Source: Octopus vulgaris (Eukaryota). From it: a DNA stretch of 64,000 bases. This document shows positions 40,787-53,038 of this stretch, in pieces (position 1 is the stretch's first letter; every line of letters starts with the position of its first letter). Location of the stretch: positions 81,406,001-81,470,000 of the forward strand of contig OX597822.1 in the NCBI GenBank assembly GCA_951406725.2, read 5' to 3'. The notes beneath the pieces are model-generated. The model was not told the origin of the DNA. It ran no database searches and was given only the letters and a program-made list of their open reading frames with translations. Both the position numbers and the translations under genes were made by a program.

Positions 40787-42806
40787 TTTTTTTTTCCTCT
40801 TTCAAATTTGTTTCCATTTCTTGCCGAGTGTCTTCCCGACTCCTAGGGCAAAGAAACTCATAGTATACATTGGTAGGCCATTAAACCAAACTCAATAGTT
40901 CGTCATTTTTTTTTTTTTTTAAGTTAAATTAAAATACATGAGCAGCAACAGTTCTCACATCGACAATGCTCTTCTCAATACGTGTGATGTACCAGTTAAG
41001 ACAATCTTTTGCACTTCTTGCAGGGATGGTAAGCCAGGGATCATTCTCATATAATTTTCGGTTCCCTTCTTGATCATTCCTAGTGCTCCTACGATCACTG
41101 GTATTGTAACCGCCTTGAGATGCCACATTTTCTCAATTTCAATGAATAGGTCTTTATATTTTCTGAGCTTGTCAAACTCTTTCGCTGAGATATTATGATC
41201 ACAGGGGATGCTCATGTCGATCAATAAGCAAATTTTATTGTTTTGGTCTTTCACAACAATATTTGGTTTATTGACCTTGATGGTTCGGTCTGTATGTACT
41301 GGAAAGTCCCACAGAATCGTTACATTTTCTCCTTCAGTTACAGCCTCAGAGTGGTGATTATACCACTTGTCGGCAGTTTTGATATTGTAATGCCGACTTA
41401 TTAGCCAGTGTAGATATTGGCCAACTCTGTCATGTCTTAATTTATACTCCACTGGTGCTAAGACTTTACATCCAGAGATTAGGTGGTCCACTGTTTCAAT
41501 CATGTCGTTGCAGAATCGGCATTTTGGGTCTGCTCCATTTTTCATCACATTGGCCTGGTAGTTCCGGGTTAATAGGCTTTGATCTTGAGCAGCCAGGATG
41601 AAACCTTCGCTCTCTGCTTTTAGCCCTGAGCTCCGTAGCCACTGATGGGTTTGCTTCTGGTCAACATCAGCTTGTTTGCTGCGGGTCACATATTTGCCGT
41701 GCAGAGGTTTCTCCTCCCACCTATCAGCCAATTGCTCGTGCGCTTTTTTCGTTGCCATCATTTTCACCTTCTTTGCAACAATAGTTGCCGTACTTCCTTC
41801 GGGTTGTTCAGTTTGGGTATCCTGCACGAGATCAATAGCAAATTTTTTGCTTTCCTTTATAATAGAATGAAGCTTCTTTCGTCTCTCGTGATTTTCCACG
41901 AGCTTTAGCATCCAGTCATTCGATATTTCGAGATATTTGGCCAGTCCAATTGTGGTTGTTTTGTAAGCTAGTTCAAATTGGATCAGGCCTCGACCTCCTT
42001 GGGCTCTGGGAAGGTAAAGGCGATCTACGTCTGCCTTTGGGTGGTGCATCCTATTACAACTCAGAAGCTTGCGTATTTTCCTATCTATATTCTTTACTTC
42101 ACTCATATTCCAGTTCAACACATTGTAGCTATAAGTAACAACTGGAACTGCTAAGGAATTTATAGCTAACACCTTGTTACGTGCATTTAGTTCAGATTTC
42201 AGGACTGCACGAACTCTCCTATAACATTCCTTCCTGATCTTCTCTTTCATGCTTGCATGCTGAATACCAGAGCCTTCATTTATCCCTAAATATTTGTATG
42301 TTTGTTCTTGCTCAAGCTCTCTTATGACTGTGTCAACATCTAACACGACTGAATTTGTGGTCTTCACTTTCCCTTTCTGGAAAGTGGCCTTGGCACACTT
42401 CTCAAGTCCAAACTCCATCCCGATGTCATCGCTGAATGCTTTCACGGTGCGCAATAGGCCTTCAAGTTCATTATTGTCTTTACCATAAAGTTTTAAGTCA
42501 TCCATATAAAATAGATGGCTTATTTTTTTATTGGCAATTTTATACCCATACCCTGTTCTGTTTAATTCACTTGTAAGGGGTATTAGGGCTATGCAGAATA
42601 TTAAAGGTGAAAGTGAGTCACCTTGAAAAATTCCACAGTTGATGTTTATATTTTCTGAGGCAAGTACTCCATTAGAGTGGTATAATTGGAGATTCGTATT
42701 CCACGACATATTGTGCTTCAGGAAGTTTGAAATCACAGGGGAAAATTTGAAGATGTCCAGCGATCTCAAGATCCATGGATACGGTATACTGTCGAAGGCC
42801 TTTTTA

Positions 42807-42807
<1 letters not shown>
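40786..42807 (-). mobile_element. 5'-truncated R4/Dong-like non-LTR retrotransposon inserted in (TAA)n
   Basis: RT-RLE ORF plus ~170-bp 3' UTR; (TAA)n immediately on both sides. Confidence 0.92.
40955..42769 (-). CDS. Reverse transcriptase - CCHC zinc knuckle - restriction-like endonuclease polyprotein (N-terminally truncated)
   Basis: GIFQGDSLSP, YMDD, YKYLG, HPKADVDRLY, CRFC..ETVDHLISGC, RHD and KPNIVVKD..IDMSIP..K..KY. The frame continues upstream to YKKAFDS (~42807), so there is no true start codon. Confidence 0.9.
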   Translation of the reverse strand: MRSLDIFKFSPVISNFLKHNMSWNTNLQLYHSNGVLASENININCGIFQGDSLSPLIFCIALIPLTSELNRTGYGYKIANKKISHLFYMDDLKLYGKDNNELEGLLRTVKAFSDDIGMEFGLEKCAKATFQKGKVKTTNSVVLDVDTVIRELEQEQTYKYLGINEGSGIQHASMKEKIRKECYRRVRAVLKSELNARNKVLAINSLAVPVVTYSYNVLNWNMSEVKNIDRKIRKLLSCNRMHHPKADVDRLYLPRAQGGRGLIQFELAYKTTTIGLAKYLEISNDWMLKLVENHERRKKLHSIIKESKKFAIDLVQDTQTEQPEGSTATIVAKKVKMMATKKAHEQLADRWEEKPLHGKYVTRSKQADVDQKQTHQWLRSSGLKAESEGFILAAQDQSLLTRNYQANVMKNGADPKCRFCNDMIETVDHLISGCKVLAPVEYKLRHDRVGQYLHWLISRHYNIKTADKWYNHHSEAVTEGENVTILWDFPVHTDRTIKVNKPNIVVKDQNNKICLLIDMSIPCDHNISAKEFDKLRKYKDLFIEIEKMWHLKAVTIPVIVGALGMIKKGTENYMRMIPGLPSLQEVQKIVLTGTSHVLRRALSM

Positions 42808-42860
<53 letters not shown>

Positions 42861-44095
42861 GGTTGACATTTGCTTTGTATTCGTACAAGTTGACTCCAAG
42901 TCTCACCCAAAGACCTCAAGAAACAAGTTAGAAGTTCAAGTTGGTGTTATGACTAAGGTGTCATATATTTGGTTTTGTACATAGTGTTGTTCTATAGAAT
43001 GTTTAAGAAAAGAAAATTATAAGTCTGTTTTAAAATTTGAGATTACATAGACAGTATTTTACGTAGGATATGGACAGCGTCCATGGGAACTATCTTTTGA
43101 ATTTCTGCGATTTTGTGATTTCCTGGTATCTGAGCTAGGTAGCAATCAGCCCCTTTTGCTATCATTCATAAGGCACCTCATACAACAGGTATTGTTTTAG
43201 TCTTGAGGTTCTACATTTTGCTAATTTCTATTTCAATGTCTTTATTCCTGCTCAGCTTTTAGTAGGTTTTTACAGATATATTTATGTTGATTGGAACAGT
43301 CATATCAATGAGGAGGCATAATTTTTGTCTGAAGTCTTTCAATATAATGTCTGGCCTATTCGTTTCTATCTTTCTGTCAGTTTGAATGGTGAAGTTCCAG
43401 AGAAGTGAGATGTTGTCATTTCCAAGGACTGCAGGTGGTTTGTGTTCCCACCAGTTTCTATCATCGGGCAGGTCTAAGTTTTTTACAAATTACCCAGTGA
43501 ATATACTGTACTGCTCTATAATGTCTGTTGAGATAGACTTTAGGCACAAAAAGACTGCACATGGAAACAATATGATCGATGGTTTCATTTTGTTGTTTAC
43601 ATACACGACATGTTGAGCTACCGCCGTGCTTTAATATGTTGGCCTGGTAGTTCCTTGCAAGTAGGCATTGATCTTGGGCTGCTATGATAAACCCTTCTAT
43701 CTCTGATTTTAAGCCAGAAGACACTAACCATTGATGGATAAGGGCTTTGTCAACATCGGTATTATTAGCTCTCTTTGAGTATTTGCCATTGAGAGGTTTT
43801 TCTTGCCTCTTATCAGTTAGACTATCAAAGACAGCAGTTTTAGTGCAGGTTTTCATACGCTTAGATTTTTCTGCTCTTGTTTCCAGTACGTATAATTCTA
43901 GGATTTGTTGCATTTGGAATTCCTTTAAGTAATTCTTTTCCTGTTTGGTTACTGAGTATGATGTTTTGTTTTTTTTTTCTTTTTTCGTGCTTTAACATCC
44001 AGTCATCAGAGTTTTTTAGGTAGGTATTTTGGACAATTGTGGCAATCTTCATTGTTAATTCCAGTTGTAAATGTCCACAGCTTCCTGGTCTTTTA
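42861..44095 (-). pseudogene. Second, decayed R4/Dong-like LINE (3' part)
   Basis: QEKPLNGKY, HQWLVSSGLKSEIEGFIIAAQDQ and CRVC..ETIDHIVSMC; frameshifted; 3' end abuts (TAA)n at 42860. Confidence 0.88.
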
Positions 44096-44209
44096 ATGTG
44101 TTAGTTTCACGGTGGAACCGACCATGTAATTCCAAGCGGAGTAGAGTTTCTTCTCTGTATATATCTGAGTGTGTGTTTCTGTGTGTATATATATATGTAT
44201 ATATCTATA

Positions 44210-44349
<140 letters not shown>

Positions 44350-44369
44350 GTGTTGTGTGTGTGTGTATG

Positions 44370-44413
<44 letters not shown>

Positions 44414-45149
44414 TGTACGTATATATATATATGTGTGTGTGTGTATAATATTATTTTATATTATATCACATTCTATATTATATATTATATTACTTATGAT
44501 ATTATACTTTGGTTATTATAAAAGTTAGCTTTAGTTGTATGTCATTTCTCTCATGTGATGTTTTAACAGCCGAAACAATTTGTATGCTGTAAGAAACGAT
44601 TGAATATTGTTTTACTCTGTTTTTTAAACATTGAGTTCTTTTGAATTATTTCTCAGTCAAGCGATTAGGTTCCTTGAATTTTATATACACATGTATGCCC
44701 GTGTTTGTATATTGTATGGGTAGATGATTGGGGGGGGGTGAGTGTGGGTGTGTGTATGTGTGTGCATTTGTGTGTTTATAAATGTTCATATATAGCTTGA
44801 GAGGGAGAAAGAGAGAGAGAGAGAAGCAGAGAAATGGAAGAATAAAGGAAATTGCGGCATCTTTTTGCCTCTTTTTGCATGCAACCAAGTGAATCATTAT
44901 GTAAGAAGATTCTTCCTATCTTTGTCTGACACACATTGTCAGAACCTTTTAGATAAGCTGATGTGTTTCACCAACAGTAATTTTTTTTGTTTTGTTTTCT
45001 TTATATTTTTAAAAGAGGTTTTCTTTTTCCAGGATGTGAGGGGCGGAGGGACTCGACTCTGTTTTGTTCATTGATTCATCTTTGTCAGCCGACATCTACG
45101 AGATTGACATAAAGTATGAAAAATATGAAATGGTAAATACTGGCTGCCT

Positions 45150-45821
45150 TTATGATAGTGGTGGTGGTGGTAGTGGTGGGAGGATGGAGGCGGGTTAGTG
45201 TAGCGGCAGTGATTTTGGTGATGGAGGTTATCGTTCTAGTGGTGGAAATGGTGTAGGTGGGGGATGTAGTAGGAGTTTTGGTGTTCTTATTGATGTTAGT
45301 GATTATGATGCCGGTGGTGGTGGAGGTGGTGGTGATGGTAGTGGTGGTTGTGGTGGTGGTGATAATGGTGATACTGGTGGTGGTGATGGTGGTGGTGGTG
45401 ATAATGGTGTTGCTGGTAGCAGTGGTGGTGGTGGTAGTGGTAGTGGTGGTGGGTGTGAGGGGGGTCATGGTTGTGTTGCTTGAACTGGTGAAGTTAGTGG
45501 TAGTGGTGATGGTTTCAGAAGTGGTTGTATTAATAACGATGGTAGTAGTGCGGGTGGTAGTGATGATGGTGATCTTTGTTCTAGTCGGGATGATTTCGAT
45601 GGTGGTAGTGGTGGTGATGGTGACAGTGGTGGTGCTGGTGGTGCTGGTGGAGTTTTTGCTGATGTTAGTGGTGGTGGTAGTGGTGGTGGTGCTGGTGCTG
45701 GTGGTGGTGCTGGTGGTGCTGGTGGTGCTGGTGGTGCTGGTGGTGCTGGTGGTGCTGGTGGTGCTGGTGCTGGTGGTGCTGGTGCTGGTGGAGTTTTTGT
45801 TGATGTTAGTGGTGGTGGTGG

Positions 45822-45852
<31 letters not shown>

Positions 45853-46135
45853 GGTGGTGCTGGTGGTGGTGCTGGTGGTGGTGCTGGTGGTGGTATTGGT
45901 GGTGGTGGTATTGGTGGTGGTGGTGGTGGTGGTGGTGGTGGTGGTGGTGGTGGTGGTGGTGGTGGTGGTGGTGGTGGTGGTAGTTCTTGTAGTTTTGCGT
46001 TTGGTGGTGTTGGTTGTGATGATAACTAGCAGTGGTTGCGGTTGTGATGCTAATGGTGAGGATGCGGGAAGACATTGCTATTGGTAGTAACGAGGATGGT
46101 GGAGGCGGCGGTGGTGGCGGTGGTGGTGGTGAGAA
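45150..46135. repeat. (GGT/GCT)n trinucleotide-rich tract
   Basis: Directly visible; explains the poly-V/H/T ORFs. Confidence 0.92.
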
Positions 46136-46374
46136 GAGGAGGAGAATTGCAGCGGTGGTTGAGAAATGCATCGTCTGCAAGTAGCTGGAATCTTACCAAA
46201 AGTAAATGGCACTGTTTCTACAGAGATACCATTATCCAATGTTGCTATTGCCAACTAACCATTTACTTAGCCAAACATTATTATTATTATTATTATTATC
46301 ATCATCATCATCATCATCATCATTATTATTATTATTATTTTACCTTCCTGAATACAGGCATGGAACCTCTCTCG

Positions 46375-46409
<35 letters not shown>

Positions 46410-46917
46410 CTTATACATGTAGCCATATTATTCATTACAGGTATATAATTATATAGGTATTTCTGTCGCACATTATACATTTCTATCTCTTCTTTCTCTC
46501 GCTACGACTGCCCCCACTCTCCCCCTCACCTTCTCGTCCCGCTTATCGATATATTTATATTATAGAATATAGGTAAATATAATGTTTATAAGTATGTGTG
46601 TGTGTATGTGTGTGTGTGGAGAGAGAAAGCGAGAGAGAGAAAGAGAAAGAAAGAGAAAGAGCCATCCATGAGCCGTGTGTCTAGTTTTCCACTAGGCTAT
46701 CTATCTACCTACTATATAAACTCACAACGCCATGTATGTATTATGTATGTATGTATGTATGTATGTATGAATGTATGTATGTATGTATGTATGTATGTAT
46801 GTATGTATGGATGGATGGATGGATGGATGGATGGATGGATGGATGGATTTATGTATGTCTGTATATAGTTATGTATGTATGTATGTATATAGTTATGTAT
46901 GTATGCATGTATGTATG

Positions 46918-46993
46918 TCATTGTTCAGTTTTATTTCAAGATTTCTTACCAATAGAGAAAGAACCGGTTTCAACATCAACAACAGGGTATTTT

Positions 46994-46994
<1 letters not shown>
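46918..46994 (+). mobile_element. (TATG)n-embedded element, copy 3, internally deleted
   Basis: Same termini as copy 1; the middle is deleted between TTTC microhomologies. Confidence 0.75.
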
Positions 46995-47025
<31 letters not shown>

Positions 47026-47059
47026 TGTATGTATGTATGTATGTATGTGCAGATTTATA

Positions 47060-47320
47060 TGTTTTGTTTTATGTATGTCTTCTCATGCATATAATTGCAT
47101 ATCTAAACATGCTCATATATATTCAAATGATAAACTTCTGCAAAGTTTTACAGATTTTTACAGTTCCAGTGATGGATTGGATTTGTAGTCTTCGGGTTAT
47201 CATACTCCTTCCTAGTTTTGAGAAACCTAATTTATCAAGACTGATATTATAAACAGTGTTTCATATCCCAGTGCCCCAATAATTACAGGCATAAACATGA
47301 ACTTGTTCCTTCCAATGTAA
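47060..47320 (-). pseudogene. RLE-type LINE extreme 3' fragment
   Basis: KFMFMPVIIGALGY and QSITGTVKICKTLQKFII-stop; same family as the 28.3-kb fragment. Confidence 0.7.
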
Positions 47321-47436
47321 TTGTTATTGTTGTTGTCATTATTATCATCATCGTCGTCATCATCATCATCATCATCATCATCATCGTCGTTGTTGTTGTT
47401 GTTGTTGTTGTTATTATTATTATTATTATTATTATT

Positions 47437-47992
47437 GAGTGAGAGAGCAGTGCATGCCATCAAAGTGACACTGAGGTAAAATATACGAAGCCCAATATAC
47501 CCATCATGACTACCCGTCTGAAAAGGGTACACTAGGCACATGCATAACAACCATATGTGCACAACATGGTGATCTCATATCAAGATAAACAGCACATGAC
47601 CTTTCAGGTGGGCCTCAGTTAGAATTTTCTTCTGGTCGAGTAACCCATCCCGCTCAAAAGGTCCCTGAATAAGGGTTGTTTAAGGATGTTGAACGAAACA
47701 CCCATGTTTCTAGAGGTGAATTATTCAAACCCCAAATAATTCCGCTCAACACATAGCTATGATGCTCCCCCAATACTTCTGCTCGTCATCAGAGATGCAC
47801 ATATCGTCAGCCACCAAGGGACATACTCAACTGGTTAAGGTCAAACAACTGACAAGCAAATCTGTGATATTGAGCAGAATATCTGCTGTAGCCCATCTTT
47901 TATACCAAGACAAAACAATGTACATGATAACACTTCCAATCGGTTAAGATCACAAGCCATGAGAGCCAGTGCCTGGTACTGCATCAGAGCAT
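47437..47992 (-). mobile_element. Element X, copy 2
   Basis: Colinear with 40114-40662 and flanked by (TTA)n. Confidence 0.8.
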
Positions 47993-48020
47993 TTATTATT
48001 ATTATTATTATTATTATAAA

Positions 48021-48087
<67 letters not shown>

Positions 48088-49453
48088 GCCTTTGCACAGA
48101 TTCTAACGCTGGAGATGTACTGCGGTGTCAGCTGTTCACTACCAGTGAACTAAGGTAACACCTCTTATTTTTCAAGCACTTACCGGAGTATTTGAGCGGT
48201 TCCAAGCAGTTCTGTTTTCTGCAAGTGCTCCAACCTTATTGCAGCCCCTATTTGTTCTACGTACTTCTCGAGATTTTTGCTCAGTGTTCCCAGGGCTCCG
48301 ATAATTATTGGGACTATTGCTACTTTTTTCATCGACCACAACTGATTAACTTCCCAAGCTCACCTGTCATATTTCTCGGCTCTTCTCTCTTCCTTATCAC
48401 ATACCTTATTGTCAGCTGGGCATGTTATATCTATGATCCAGCATAGTTTGTTTTCTTTCTCAATTAAGACTATGTCTACCTTTCTATTCTCTGTCTCATG
48501 GTCGCACTGAATCATAAAGTCCCATAGGATCTTTGCATTTTTATTTTCGACGATGCTTTCGGGTTTGCCGTCGTACAGATTTTTTGCTCTGTCAAGTCCA
48601 TACTTCTTGCAAAGTGTCCAATGGACAAGCCTGGCTATATTGTTGTGGCGTCTCTTATATTCCTTCTGGGCTAGTGGTGTACATTGACTGGTAATATGCC
48701 ATACGGTTTCACAGTTTTGTCCACAGATTCTGCATTTATCACTTTCCGCTGTGTTATCTGTATTTTATGTAGTTTGTTCTTAGTGCTTGCTCATGGGCAG
48801 CACAGATTAGAGCCTCCGTTTCCGGATTTAAATTACTTTTAGTCATCTACAGCCGCCTTTTTCCTCTGTCTGTCTTATCTTCAACATCCCTATAAAATTG
48901 ACCATGAATTCTTTTTTTACCCGCCTTTTTCAGTTTCATTCGTTTTCAATTCCTTGTATAGTGCTTTATCTTTGCAATCTTCCATGCTACACAATCCTGA
49001 CTTTCTTACTTCTAATAATAGCGGTTCAGTGGTATTTTTTTACATACCATGCTATGTTGTTTTCTTCTGCACTAATGTTGTGTTCACATCAGTCCTCTTC
49101 ACCCTCATTTACTTGGTACATACAGTCTGTGTCACTTTTGGGGTGGAGTGTCCCATATCTAGTTATATTTCTTTACTACCCACAAGGGGCTAAACACAGA
49201 GAGGACAATCAAGGACAGACAAAGGGATTAAGTCGATTACATCGACCCCAGTGCGTAACTGGTACTTAATTTATCGGCCCCGAAAGGATGAATGGCAAAG
49301 TCGACCTCGGCGGAATTTGAACTCAGAACGTAACGGCAGACGAAATACGGCCACGCATTTCGCCCGGCGTGCTAATGTTTCTGCCAGCTCGCCGCCTTAT
49401 ATCTAGTTAGCAACTTCCTTGTCTACTGCCCATGCGATTACCCCTGCTCCATA
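48088..49453 (-). pseudogene. Third R4/Dong-like LINE (decayed), interrupted by a SINE
   Basis: YGAGVIAW, HPKSDTD, CAAHEQALRTNY, CRICGQNCETVWHITSQC, RHN, ILWDF and LLGTAQIL motifs; (TAA)n at both ends. Confidence 0.85.
49166..49398 (-). mobile_element. SINE family B with an 11-bp target-site duplication
   Basis: ATATCTAGTTA at 49155-49165 and 49399-49409 flanks a full family B copy. Confidence 0.9.
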
Positions 49454-49479
49454 TATTATTATCATTATTATTATTATTA

Positions 49480-49534
<55 letters not shown>

Positions 49535-49553
49535 CATTATTATTATTATTATT

Positions 49554-49884
49554 GAGTGCGAGAGTGATGCATGCCATCAAAGTGACACTGGGGTAAAATA
49601 TACAAAGCCCAGCATACCCATCATGACTACCCGCCTGATAAGGGTACTCCAGGCACATGCACCACAACCATATGTGCGCGGCATGGTGATCTCATACCAA
49701 GATAAACAGCGCATGACCTTGCAGGTGGGGCCCAGTTAGAGTTTTCTTTAGGTCAAGTAGCCCATCTCGCTCAAAAGGTCCCTGAATAAGGGTTGTTTAA
49801 GGATGTTGAACGAAACATCCATGTTTCCAAAGGTGAATTATCCAAGCCCCAAATAATTCCTCTCGATACATGGCTATGATGCTC
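49554..49884 (-). mobile_element. Element X, copy 3 (truncated)
   Basis: Same left terminus (GAGTG.GAGAG) as copies 1 and 2; stops at GGCTATGATGCTC; (TTA)n on both sides. Confidence 0.8.
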
Positions 49885-49934
49885 AACCATAATTATTATT
49901 ATTATTATTGTTGTTGTTGTTGTTGTTGTTGTTT

Positions 49935-49977
<43 letters not shown>

Positions 49978-50069
49978 GGGAAAAAACATCCAATTTTCAA
50001 TAGTTTTTCAGTTAAATACCACAATATAGTGGAGAAAATATCCAAACTTAAAACTATATATAATTTCAA

Positions 50070-50525
50070 TTTATGAATATTAAAGGAATTAGAGAAAGAC
50101 AAGAGACATATTAAACACGTATTTACATAATGATATAATATAATTAAACTATGAAAAGACATAGTATAGTATAATATGATATAACAAATAATTAAAACAA
50201 ATATATATCCTTCAATTTGTTTCGACTCATATCCACTATAACAATTCACATTTATGCATATGAGTCTCCTCAGGGTTATAGTTGTCTAAATAAAATCGAC
50301 AAAACTTAGTGCAAGTAGACTCATATGCATAAATGTGAATTTTTATAAGTTCACTAGTGGATATGAGTCGAAACAAATTGTAGGAGACATATTTATCTTA
50401 ATTCATTGTTATATCATATTATATCATATTATATATCTTTTTATAGTATAATTATATTATATTATAATGTAAATAGATTTATAATATATCTATCATATTT
50501 CGCTAGACTCTTTAATATATTCATA
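50070..50525. repeat. Diverged long inverted repeat containing hammerhead-like motifs
   Basis: CAATTTGTTTCGACTCATATCCACTA and ATTCACATTTATGCATATGAGTCT recur in inverted orientation; the AT-rich outer arms also align loosely. Confidence 0.8.
50209..50274 (-). ncRNA. Hammerhead motif with long stem II and mutated cleavage triplet
   Basis: Minus strand: CC-CTGAGGA-GACTCATAT-(25 nt)-ATATGAGTC-GAAAC-AAATT-GAA-GG. The opposite arm reads GAAACAAATTGTA-GG. Confidence 0.6.
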
Positions 50526-50649
50526 TATATAGGTCTGTATGTATGCATGTATGTGTGTGTGTATGTATGTATGTATGTATGTATGTATGTATGTATGTAT
50601 GTATGTATGTATGTATGTATGCACGTCTTTGTATCTTTGTGTCAATACC

Positions 50650-50900
50650 TGTCCCTCTCGCGTCCGCGCAATTTAGCTGTTCGGCTAAAGAAACTGACAG
50701 AATAAGTATTAGACATAAAACTTATGTACTAGTATCGACTTATTCAAAAAAACTCTTCAAGGGGGTGTCCCAACGTGGCCACAGTCCAGGTATGATATGG
50801 TCGACCCGCAGCTGTTAGCTGAAGACGCTTGGATGAGGTGTGGCACAGTGGAACTGAACCCAGAACCATATGCTTGAGAAACAACCTGTTTAACCACAAT
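50650..50900. mobile_element. SINE family A fragments (plus-strand 3' part, then minus-strand head)
   Basis: TTAGCTGTTCGGCTAAAGAAACTGACAGAATAAGT, then CAGTGGAACTGAACCCAGAACCAT. Confidence 0.6.
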
Positions 50901-51442
50901 ATTTTGAGCTTTTCTCTTTCTTTTTCTTTTCTGCTCTCCTCATGAAGGTATATTCGATTTAATCGATTCCGCTATCCTTAACTGATAACTACATTGTGAT
51001 ATGATTCTATTTGCTAGTCTGTTTCGATAAACCATTATTGACACACATTTAATTGATGCTGGTTGTTTCTTGATGAAGTGTTTGGACATTTCAGCACATT
51101 AAGTATGTTCTTCAGATTGAGCGAACGGTTTCGTGACGGACATTCTGTAATTAAGGAGACAATTACTGTTTATTTCGATGACAACGAAATTGTTGACGTC
51201 TGAAAGTGTCAGTAGAAATTATGCTGCTGTTTGAAATGCTGCTGCTGTTGTTTTTGTTGCTGCTGTTGTTGTCATTATATATAAGTAATTGTGTGTTTGG
51301 TGGGGTTGATATTCAAGAGAGGGGTTTTATTAACTCTTAATTCCTGCATAAATTTAACAAGAGAATTGTTAGCTTCGTTAACCCCCATCTCACTATCGAA
51401 TGATTCAACGCTTCGTGTTCTGCACTACAATTATGGAATAAA

Positions 51443-51496
<54 letters not shown>

Positions 51497-51580
51497 ATTC
51501 GAGACAAAACCACTATTTTAAAACCAAACAAGGAAAGACTTAATCAATACATAAAATTTTAATATAAATTAAATAAACCG

Positions 51581-51623
51581 CCACTACAAATGTTTCATGT
51601 CTGCTCCGACAATCTTCAGGTGG
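51581..51623 (-). ncRNA. Minimal type I hammerhead motif (left arm)
   Basis: Exact reverse complement of 51679-51721. Confidence 0.75.
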
Positions 51624-51678
51624 ATTTTCGATCTTCTAATCAGTATCAAAATTTGATACTGATTAGAAGATCGAAAAT

Positions 51679-51721
51679 CCACCTGAAGATTGTCGGAGCA
51701 GACATGAAACATTTGTAGTGG
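51679..51721 (+). ncRNA. Minimal type I hammerhead motif (right arm)
   Basis: CCAC-CTGAAGA-T-TGTC-GGAGCA-GACA-T-GAAAC-ATTT-GTA^GTGG; predicted cut after 51717. Confidence 0.78.
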
Positions 51722-51890
51722 CGGTTTATTTAATTTATATTAAAATTTTATGTATTGATTAAGTCTTTCCTTGTTTGGTTTTAAAATAGTGGTTTTGTCT
51801 CGAATTATATTATATAATATTTTACTATAAAATTGGATTTAACCCTAAATCTGATTTTTCCCTGTAATTTTGGATTCATTCCCTAATATT

Positions 51891-51981
<91 letters not shown>

Positions 51982-52082
51982 TAATAACAAAGGGTAAAAT
52001 TAATTAATTAAGAAGTAATTAATAATTTCACCAAGTAGAATTCTGTATGAAAAAAAGGACCATTTCACGGTAAGTTTAAGTA

Positions 52083-52373
52083 ATACTAATAAAAAGGGTT
52101 CAGCAAAGATTTGCTTCACCACGCACCGAAGTTTAGAAATAGCAGCCAAAAATCTTAGCTACTTCTTCTACTTTAAAAGAGGGTCTCCCGGAGAAACCAA
52201 AATACTTGAAGATAATTCACACAAGCAGAGAGTAAAGCAATGAAAATCAATCAATATTTTGGTTTCTCCGGGAGGCCCTCTTTTAAAGTAGAAGAAATAG
52301 CTAAGATTTTTGGGTGCTATTTCTAAACTTCGGTGTGTGGTGAAGCAAATCTTTGCTGAACCCTTTTTTATTA

Positions 52374-52377
<4 letters not shown>
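52083..52377. repeat. ~125-bp imperfect inverted repeat with a ~40-bp spacer
   Basis: 52083-52209 versus 52251-52377 with a few mismatches; the right arm ends in (TA)n. Confidence 0.92.
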
Positions 52378-52426
<49 letters not shown>

Positions 52427-52789
52427 TGAATTTGATCGCTGGACATAAGTATTCGCTTTTTTGAGCTGCCCATACATCTTTTTAATATTTTCTATTTTGC
52501 AATGCATTGACCGTGTACGTTTAACCTTCAACCGTTTTAGGTTTCAACCGGATTTACAGTTTCAGACGAACTCATACGGATATATATATTTTATGTTTAT
52601 ATATTTATATTTTTTGCATATATTTTTTGTATCTATATATTATATATTTTTATATGATGAAATGGTGTGTTTCGAAAAATACGAGGAAAATAATGTTTTT
52701 TAGCTGTCAATATCTCGAAAGTTGCCTTTTCATTGAAACCTACTCTCTCTCTCTCTTTCTCTTCTCTCTTTCTCTTCTCTCTCTCTATT

Positions 52790-52841
<52 letters not shown>

Positions 52842-53007
52842 GCATGTGTGTGTGTGCGTGTGTGTGTACGTGTACGTTTGTGAGTGTGTGTGTGTGATTC
52901 AGAACAGAACTGGATCTACTCTTGTATTTAATTCTATAAATTTGAAGCTGAAACAATTTAAAGAATTAAAAATTTAAAGATATATTGCACATATATATAT
53001 ATGTGTG

Positions 53008-53038
<31 letters not shown>

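Larger units (their letters stand above)
51486..51816. repeat. Perfect ~165-bp-arm palindrome with a 1-nt centre at 51651
   Basis: 51486-51650 is the exact reverse complement of 51652-51816; (TA)n lies on both sides of the cassette. Confidence 0.95.
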
